A stretch of 64,000 nucleotides of DNA from Phycisphaeraceae bacterium. GTDB lineage: Bacteria; Planctomycetota; Phycisphaerae; Phycisphaerales; Phycisphaeraceae. Under the pieces are notes generated by a model that ran no database searches, was not told the DNA's origin, and saw nothing but the letters and a program-made list of their open reading frames with translations. Location of the stretch: NCBI GenBank assembly GCA_029260655.1, contig JAJDCU010000034.1, forward strand, positions 64,582-128,581. Direction: 5' to 3'. The stretch's first letter is position 1. Every line of letters starts with the position of its first letter. This document shows, in pieces, positions 55,155 through 61,881 of the stretch. Both the position numbers and the translations under genes were made by a program.

Positions 55155-55574
55155 TTGATTTTTGTCCCTCCGCAGACCCGGGTCCAAGGCGGCTCATCCT
55201 TGGACTTGATGGCGAATAGCTCATAATCGAAGATAAGTACTGACTGAGTAGATAGTCACGCGCAGCCGCATCCGCGCACATAGCCCCTTTATACGGCCGG
55301 CGGGGCGCCCTCGGGCTTAACGTCGAGCGGGCAGATCCGATCGGCGAAGAAACAAGTTTCCTCTTCACGGATGTCGAAATCAGCATTCTCAATCAACGTG
55401 GCGCTGTGACCGGTGACCTGGACGGCGACGGGCTCGCCGACATCGAAGACCCGAACATCGTGCTGCACATGAGCCAGCCCCCCCACCACGCCGGGCCATC
55501 ATCGCGGTCATTGAATTGTAGAGCTATCGCCGCCTCATAACCCGGCACGGCATAAAGAGAATCAGGAGGTGTGT

Positions 55575-56204
55575 TCAGGCCCGGTGACGCTTGGCCACAA
55601 ACACGATACCGGCGCCCAGCGCAACCAGGCTGAACAAGCTCGCAGGCTCGGGGACCGGACTGGGCAGGTCATGGACGTCGGCAAACGAGGCCAGAACCGT
55701 CGCCGAATCCAGTTCGGGGGCATCGGCGCTGGTGAAGAACAAGATGGCGCTGGACAGGCCAGTGGTGAGTTGGCCGGGGGTAAAGGTCCATGCCGCGGAG
55801 GTTGGCTCGGTCCCGACGAACTGAGATGCGCTAGGGTTCACAAGCCCGACGTCGCCGATGAAACCGACCGCCCCCAACGTCTCATTGCCGTCGAGCCCGA
55901 CCGTCATCGTGATAACATCGGTGTCCAGGTTCTCGATCTGATACGCGTAGACGAAGTCGGCGCCCCCGCTGGGATCACCCCCCGGGAACGCGATGCCGAA
56001 CGCGCCGGGCGCGAAGACGGCGAAGTCCACATTCGCGGACACCGTAAAACCACCTGAACCATTATCGAAAAGCTGGCTACCGGTGAATCCCGGCATCCCC
56101 CCGCCTCCACTGACCAGCACGCCGGCGCTAACCGACGACCCAACCAGACCCGACACGAGCGCACCCAGCCATGTGGCTCGCACAAACTCCCTGACTGAAT
56201 TCAT
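55575..56204 (-). CDS. PEP-CTERM protein (member 16, family B)
   Basis: It has a signal peptide and the C-terminus VPEPASLFSLVALGAGIVFVAKRHRA. It is strongly similar to 41495..42157. Confidence 0.85.
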   Translation of the reverse strand: MNSVREFVRATWLGALVSGLVGSSVSAGVLVSGGGGMPGFTGSQLFDNGSGGFTVSANVDFAVFAPGAFGIAFPGGDPSGGADFVYAYQIENLDTDVITMTVGLDGNETLGAVGFIGDVGLVNPSASQFVGTEPTSAAWTFTPGQLTTGLSSAILFFTSADAPELDSATVLASFADVHDLPSPVPEPASLFSLVALGAGIVFVAKRHRA

Positions 56205-56327
56205 AGTCGTTCTCCGACCTTAGCTCTTTCTCCTCTCCTTTGTTAGTTGTAAACCTACGGTAAACCGTGAGATGTAAACGCTACATCTACCCGCATCACT
56301 GCAGCAGGTGAACTCTAAGCGGATATA

Positions 56328-56357
56328 TGGGTCAGGTCAACAAAAAAATGACCTCGA
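56328..56357 (-). promoter_or_regulatory. Conserved 30-bp element with the AGGTCA-N9-TGACCT palindrome, copy 2
   Basis: It is identical to 55125-55154 and lies 124-153 nt upstream of the member 16 start codon. Confidence 0.55.
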
Positions 56358-56677
56358 ATGCTTTTCCCGTACGAAAGTCCCGGAGCCGTGCCGATCCATA
56401 ACGGTGGACTTGCGGGCCGGAAAAGGCGTTACTCAAAGGTAAATGCTGACCGTATAAACAATTGACCCCCTCCCATGCTATGTACCACCGTGCGTGAGAG
56501 CCTCGAGGTGTGGTCCCGCCGTTCCCCCGGGCTGCGCCCATACCGTCCAAAAATAGCCGTTTCGTTGCGCCGGGTAGCGGCCTGTATCCCGGCCCGAATT
56601 CCGGCCTATGTAACCTGCGAAGGCGGAGAGGGCCAGTTTATTGACACGTCAACTTGCCGCAGAGATGATTAGCCGAC

Positions 56678-57232
56678 ATGAGACGGGCGCTCAAAATCTG
56701 CATGCTGACGGCCTTTATAATAGCATTCGTACTAGTGCTAGACGTGTGGGTGCGGGCAGCTTCTTCGCCACTATCCACAAAGTTCTACATTCAGTTAACA
56801 GGTTTTCAGTTTACCTTGCAAGCATCAAACAGCAAACTGGTGGCAATCTGGATGGAAGGAACAAAGTCTACCGATGGGCGTTTCAGAGCCCCACCAGGAA
56901 CATTTTGGTCTACCAAGTATACTTCCACATTATCCTTTGCCGGCTTTGCGTACAAAGCCGCCCCCTCCGGTGGTCAGTGGGCAAAACATGGCATTCTAAC
57001 GGTACCATTCTGGCTGCTTACGGCCTTACCAGTGATCGCAATTGGTGCTCTGTGGCTGACCTCCAAGACACGCATGCGACTGCGACGCATTAATCGTGGC
57101 TGCTGTCAACATTGTGGCTACGACCTGCGCGGCAGCGGGGATTCGACCACCTGCCCCGAGTGCGGAGATGTGATCGGACTACGAGCGAGACGGGTGATGG
57201 CGATGGTGAGAACATCCGGTAACGATGGCTGA
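56678..57232 (+). CDS. Bitopic membrane protein with a C-terminal C-x2-C-x-YDLRG...CPECG zinc ribbon
   Basis: It has two TM helices and the sequence CCQHCGYDLRGSGDSTTCPECG. It lies in a visibly AT-rich patch. Confidence 0.65.
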   Translation: MRRALKICMLTAFIIAFVLVLDVWVRAASSPLSTKFYIQLTGFQFTLQASNSKLVAIWMEGTKSTDGRFRAPPGTFWSTKYTSTLSFAGFAYKAAPSGGQWAKHGILTVPFWLLTALPVIAIGALWLTSKTRMRLRRINRGCCQHCGYDLRGSGDSTTCPECGDVIGLRARRVMAMVRTSGNDG

Positions 57233-57289
57233 CTTTCACCGCATTCAACTATTCGCGGGGCCGAATATGGTGCAGGAACCTTATTGGGT

Positions 57290-58255
57290 TCATTCATTGC
57301 TTGCCGCCGCGGCCTGTTCGCCCGGCGGCAGCCACCCACATTCGGGACAATGATCGGGCGTGCCGCGCAGGTCGTACTTGCATTGCGGACAAAGACCGGC
57401 ACGCGGGGGCCGCAGCCACCACGGCCGCCACTCGCTTGCACTCCATACAACAAATACGAATAACGACGCGTAACTCACCAGTCCGAACACAACGCCTTGG
57501 ACACGCTTCGGCGTGTAACCCATGGTGAGCATGTAGCGCAACAGGTCATAGAACGTCGCCGTCAACACACAAAGGGCCGGCATCAAACACAGCACAGCCA
57601 TGATGCGATAGACGATACGGACCCGACGCCGACTTCGATCCACAAGACAGCGAATGATCAAGAGGTATAGGCCCGTGGCGACGGCAAAGAGACAGAAAAC
57701 GAAAAAGCCTTTATGAAGGCTGGGCTGATCGAGCGCGCCACCCGTGACAATCGGCCGCGCGGAGAACACATCGCCGCTGAAAACAAAAACCACGACCCGG
57801 TAGGAAATCGGCCAGAAGCCCCACATAAAGAGGATGGCCCCCACGAGCGACATCACCGTGGCCCCAACGGGCCCAAACCGGCGCACTGGGCTTATCACAA
57901 GCCGGACCCCGCCGGCTTTCAGCACGCCGGCAATCGCGCCCACCACCGCGCCGATCACGTAGCCGGAAACGGGGAGCCTGTCGCCGAAAGACATCTCAAG
58001 GCCAAGTCCGAGAAATACCATGCCCACACATGCCGCAAGCAGGGCGAACGGGAACACGAAAGAAAAGACTTCCGCCGCCTTCCGTCCCGGCAGGTATACC
58101 CCGCCCCGGCCCCGGCCAAATAACACCGCACCAACCGCCACAAGGCAACCGACCGCCGCCGCCGCAACAAGTACGATCAATATGGCCAAGATCAATATGT
58201 AAAGTGGCGACATGTCAAGAGCACCCCGCACGGTAACCGGCCGCCCAAATATCAA
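57290..58255 (-). CDS. Polytopic membrane protein with a C-terminal C-x2-C-x-YDLRG...CPECG zinc ribbon
   Basis: It has about 7-8 hydrophobic helices and then CPQCKYDLRGTPDHCPECG. An alternative start lies at 58213. Confidence 0.65.
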   Translation of the reverse strand: MIFGRPVTVRGALDMSPLYILILAILIVLVAAAAVGCLVAVGAVLFGRGRGGVYLPGRKAAEVFSFVFPFALLAACVGMVFLGLGLEMSFGDRLPVSGYVIGAVVGAIAGVLKAGGVRLVISPVRRFGPVGATVMSLVGAILFMWGFWPISYRVVVFVFSGDVFSARPIVTGGALDQPSLHKGFFVFCLFAVATGLYLLIIRCLVDRSRRRVRIVYRIMAVLCLMPALCVLTATFYDLLRYMLTMGYTPKRVQGVVFGLVSYASLFVFVVWSASEWRPWWLRPPRAGLCPQCKYDLRGTPDHCPECGWLPPGEQAAAASNE

Positions 58256-58441
58256 TCAATCGAAAGACAGTAGCCCATCTTACGACAAGCAAGCGGCACG
58301 GGTTCGCGTAGAGTGAGGGCAAGATAAGGGGCCAGGAACCTTAGATCGGCCTCATCGTGTTTCCTCCTTATCACCGAGGCTCTGTGCTCTCCGTGAACAG
58401 GATCTGCCAAGTTTGTCACCCTCTCCGGCCCCTGGCTTGAA

Positions 58442-58515
58442 TACCCACGACAGGATTCGAACCTGTGACCTGCGGATTAGAAGTCCGCTGCTCTATCCAA
58501 CTGAGCTACGTGGGC
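58442..58515 (-). tRNA. tRNA-Arg (anticodon TCT)
   Basis: Cloverleaf folded by hand: GCCCACG / TA / GCTC-AGTTGGATA-GAGC / GCGGA-CTTCTAA-TCCGC / AGGTC / ACAGG-TTCGAAT-CCTGT / CGTGGGT-A. Confidence 0.85.
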
Positions 58516-58566
58516 GGCTGATGGCATTCTACCTAGACGGGTAAAGGTCGGCGATTGGAGGTGAAA

Positions 58567-58640
58567 CGCCCTCGATAGGATTCGAACCTATGACCTATGC
58601 TTTAGGAAAGCATTGCTCTATCCAACTGAGCTACGAGGGC
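58567..58640 (-). tRNA. tRNA-Arg (anticodon CCT)
   Basis: Cloverleaf folded by hand: GCCCTCG / TA / GCTC-AGTTGGATA-GAGC / ATGCT-TTCCTAA-AGCAT / AGGTC / ATAGG-TTCGAAT-CCTAT / CGAGGGC-G. Confidence 0.9.
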
Positions 58641-58686
58641 TCTGGATCGGATGATACCGGCTGGTCTAGCGGATGGCGAGATCGGC

Positions 58687-59643
58687 TCAGTCGCGCCGGG
58701 GGCGGGCGGCCCATTGCATTTTTTGGGCGAGCATGGACCAGTAGCTGTAGTCGGGGTTGTGGACCAGGCGGACGGTCTTGGAATGGCGTGTGACCAGGAC
58801 CTGTTGATGGGCCTGAAGTTTCCAGGACTCCTGGCCGTCGATGACGAGTGTGGTCCCATCGTTGGCCGAGTGCAGGGTGAGCCAGACCTCGAGGTCGGCG
58901 TTGAGGACAATCGGCCGAAACGCCAGGGACTGTGGGCAGATCGCGGTGATGGTCAGGGCGTCGACCCCGGGGCTGACGATCGGCCCGCCGGCCGCCATGT
59001 TGTAGGCGGTGGACCCGGAGGGGGTCGCGATGATCAGCCCGTCGCCGGCAAACTTCGTGGCGCTGCTATGCGAACGCCTGGGATCGATCGCCAGGCCGAT
59101 CTCGACCATCCGGTACGGCGGCCCCGCGGTGATCGCCGCATCGTTCATCGCAACCGCCTGAAAGATCGGCTTGGGCATCGCCTGGTCTGGCTCGCCCCAC
59201 TGCGGGCTGTCCTGAGCGAAGACCCTGACATCGACCATCATCCGCTGAGTCGTCCGGCACTGCCCGGCAAGGATCGCGTCCCAGTGCTGCTTGAAACTTT
59301 CGATAGTGAACTCGGCGAGGAACCCCAGCTTCCCGAAGTTGATCCCGAGCAAAGGCACATCCAGGCCGATCATCGCGCGGGCCTGGGAGAGGAACGTGCC
59401 GTCGCCGCCGAGGACCAGCGCCAGGTCGGCAGGCGGTAGCGACGCCGCGTGGGCTTGAGACATCTTCAGCGTGTCGACCTCGGCCACGACCTCGGCCCGC
59501 TGCTTAAGCCAGGGCCCAAACGCCTGCATCGCGCGGGCGACCTGCTCCTTGCCGCGGTTGGCCAGGATCAATAGCCTTGGCCTGGCCGGGAGCGGTTGGC
59601 CTTCGTGGGGTGTGGGGGAGGTTTGATCGCCAGGGGTAGACAT
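58687..59643 (-). CDS. nadK: NAD(+) kinase
   Basis: The motifs are LGGDGTFL, GINFGKLGFL, NDAAI and a TAYNMAAGGPIV-type C-terminal region. Confidence 0.85.
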   Translation of the reverse strand: MSTPGDQTSPTPHEGQPLPARPRLLILANRGKEQVARAMQAFGPWLKQRAEVVAEVDTLKMSQAHAASLPPADLALVLGGDGTFLSQARAMIGLDVPLLGINFGKLGFLAEFTIESFKQHWDAILAGQCRTTQRMMVDVRVFAQDSPQWGEPDQAMPKPIFQAVAMNDAAITAGPPYRMVEIGLAIDPRRSHSSATKFAGDGLIIATPSGSTAYNMAAGGPIVSPGVDALTITAICPQSLAFRPIVLNADLEVWLTLHSANDGTTLVIDGQESWKLQAHQQVLVTRHSKTVRLVHNPDYSYWSMLAQKMQWAARPRRD

Positions 59644-59845
59644 CGGTGATAGTTATACCCCCTGCCGATCCGCCTTCGCAACATAGTGTTGACTGGCCTG
59701 GATTTAGCCGATGCACAGAAGGTATCACTGGGGCTATTCCGGGAGGGATTCCGGGGGGGCCAGGGGTAGCCTTGCGGATCATCCCGCCCGCGTCGGCCAG
59801 ATCGACCGGGCCTTAAACCACGACCCTAGAGGGGCCAGCAAACCC

Positions 59846-60820
59846 GTGTTAGCACTCACGCTTGATGCCAGTCAGATCCAGTTGCAGCCTAAGCACGCCG
59901 AGCCCCAGCCCGGCCTAGGCGATGCGTTGATCCGCCCCACCCGCATGGGGATCTGCGCGACCGACCTTGAGTTGTGCAAGGGCTACATGGGCTTTGCCGG
60001 TGTGCTGGGCCATGAGTTTGTCGGCGTGGTCGAATCGGTGGCGGACCGCAAAGACGGCAAGTGGGTCGGCAAGCGCGTCGTCGGGACGATCAACTGTGTC
60101 TGCGGCAAATGCGATATGTGCAAGGCCGGCCTGCGTGAACACTGCCGTGACCGAACCGTGCTGGGGATCGCCGGTCGCGACGGCTGCTTCGCCGAGCGGT
60201 TCACCCTGCCGGTGTGGAACCTGATCGAAGTGCCTGAGAATATCGACGACGACCACGCGGTCTTCACCGAGCCGCTGGCGGCGGCGTACCAGATCGTCCG
60301 TCAGCTAACGATCGAGGGCCGGCCTTACATCACCGTGCTGGGCGATGGACGCTTGGGCCTGCTGTGCGCCCAGGTGATGAGCCAACTCAACGCGACCGTC
60401 CGCTGCGTCGGCAAGCACACCGAGAAACTCCAGCTCTGCGAGAAATGGGGCGTCAAACACCGCCTGCTCGAAGATGTCGGCCTGCGCAACGACCAGGACA
60501 TCGTCGTGGACTGCACCGGGTCGCCCAGCGGCTTCACCACGGCGCTTGGCATGGTCCGGCCTCGCGGGACGATCGTGATGAAAACCACCGTCGCTTCGCA
60601 GGCTTTGAAAGAGCCGGTCGACCTGGCGCCGCTGGTCGTCAACGAGATCAACCTGATCGGCAGCCGATGCGGCCCGTTCAGCGAAGCGATCGCCTCGCTT
60701 TCGGGCGAAAAAGTCGACGTCCTGAGCCTGATCAGCCGACGCGCCAAGCTCGCCGATGGGGTCGATGCGCTCAAGACCGCCGCCAAACCCGATGTCATCA
60801 AGGTGCTGCTGGAGCCGTGA
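59846..60820 (+). CDS. Zinc-dependent medium-chain alcohol dehydrogenase family protein
   Basis: It has the catalytic-zinc motifs GICATDLE and GHEFVG and the structural-zinc cluster CGKCDMCKAGLREHC. The GTG start at 59846 is provisional (the ORF track gives 59711). Confidence 0.75.
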   Translation: MLALTLDASQIQLQPKHAEPQPGLGDALIRPTRMGICATDLELCKGYMGFAGVLGHEFVGVVESVADRKDGKWVGKRVVGTINCVCGKCDMCKAGLREHCRDRTVLGIAGRDGCFAERFTLPVWNLIEVPENIDDDHAVFTEPLAAAYQIVRQLTIEGRPYITVLGDGRLGLLCAQVMSQLNATVRCVGKHTEKLQLCEKWGVKHRLLEDVGLRNDQDIVVDCTGSPSGFTTALGMVRPRGTIVMKTTVASQALKEPVDLAPLVVNEINLIGSRCGPFSEAIASLSGEKVDVLSLISRRAKLADGVDALKTAAKPDVIKVLLEP

Positions 60821-61679
60821 TCGGCTGATCGATCTGGCCGCTGATCACCCCGGCTAGCAGCATCGCCGCCACCACCACCGCGACCGCGATCCGGTAATAC
60901 CCGAAGACGGCCATCCCGTGCCGCTTGAGGTAATTGACCATCCACTTGACCGCGATGACGGCGGAGATGAACGCAAAGAGGAATCCCAGGATCATTTCCA
61001 TCGGCCCGTAGTGATCGAGCATGACCCGGCCGTGCTTCAATCCGTCGTAGCAGGTCGCGGCCCCGAGCGTGACCACGCCCAGCAGGAAGCTGAACTCGAT
61101 CGCCGCCGACAGGCTCATCCCGACCAGCACCCCGCCCACGATCGTAACGAGGCTGCGCGAGACGCCGGGCCACATCGCAATGCACTGGGCAAAGCCGATG
61201 ACCAGCGCCATCCGCCAGGCCAGACTCTCCAGGTCAAATCCGCCAACCGATGCGTTGCCCCCGTTCTTACGCCTCCGTGAGACAACCAGGATCGCCACCC
61301 CGCCCGCTAACCAGGCAGCGACGACCGGCCAGGGGCCAAAGAGGTAGGCCTTGATCAGGTCGTTCAGCGCCAGCCCGATCACCGCCGCCGGCAAAAACCC
61401 GGCCGTGATGTTGATCAGCAGACGCCGCCCCGCCTCGTTTCGCCCCGTCAGCCCGGCGAACATCTGCCTGACCCGGCCAAAGTACAGGCCCAGCACCGCA
61501 ACAATCGCCCCGGCCTGGATGCAGATCGCGTAGGCATCCGCCGCCTCCTTTGCCGAGGCCGAGCCCGTTGCCAGACCCAACAACTCCTGAACCACCAGCA
61601 GGTGCCCCGTCGAGCTGATCGGCAGGTACTCGGTCAGCCCCTCCACCAGCCCCAGTATTATCGCTTGCCACCAGGTCAT
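60798..61679 (-). CDS. uppP: Undecaprenyl-diphosphate phosphatase
   Basis: The N-terminus is MTWWQAIILGLVEGLTEYLPISSTGHL, and the protein is a polytopic membrane protein. I chose the internal ATG at 61679. Confidence 0.85.
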   Translation of the reverse strand: MTWWQAIILGLVEGLTEYLPISSTGHLLVVQELLGLATGSASAKEAADAYAICIQAGAIVAVLGLYFGRVRQMFAGLTGRNEAGRRLLINITAGFLPAAVIGLALNDLIKAYLFGPWPVVAAWLAGGVAILVVSRRRKNGGNASVGGFDLESLAWRMALVIGFAQCIAMWPGVSRSLVTIVGGVLVGMSLSAAIEFSFLLGVVTLGAATCYDGLKHGRVMLDHYGPMEMILGFLFAFISAVIAVKWMVNYLKRHGMAVFGYYRIAVAVVVAAMLLAGVISGQIDQPITAPAAP

Positions 61680-61820
61680 ACGCACTCCCAAATCACGATT
61701 CGATCCATCACAGGTCGATAGTCTCTATCGGCCGGACCTGAGCTAACCGCCCAACGGACGGGAGCATAGGCCATTTGGTCGGATCGGCTTGCCAGACCGA
61801 GGCTGGCCGCCTATTATCTG

Positions 61821-61834
61821 TTAATCCGGATTAA
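61821..61834. promoter_or_regulatory. Perfect 14-bp palindrome TTAATCCGGATTAA in the uppP/metH divergent region
   Basis: The sequence is exactly self-complementary and lies 48-61 nt upstream of the metH ATG. Confidence 0.4.
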
Positions 61835-61881
61835 CGGATGATCTGTGATATCGTCAATACTGCAAGGATTGTGACCCAGGT

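Noticed and set aside
55398-55520. Plus-strand frame encoding a dockerin/EF-hand-like GDLDGDGLADIED segment.
   Set aside because: No ORF of usable length or start codon surrounds it. It is probably a relic of a degraded gene, and the stretch is too short to support a call.
61680-61881. Possible SAH, SAM or cobalamin riboswitch in the metH leader.
   Set aside because: I could not recognise the conserved cores of these riboswitch classes by eye. This needs an Infernal/Rfam scan.
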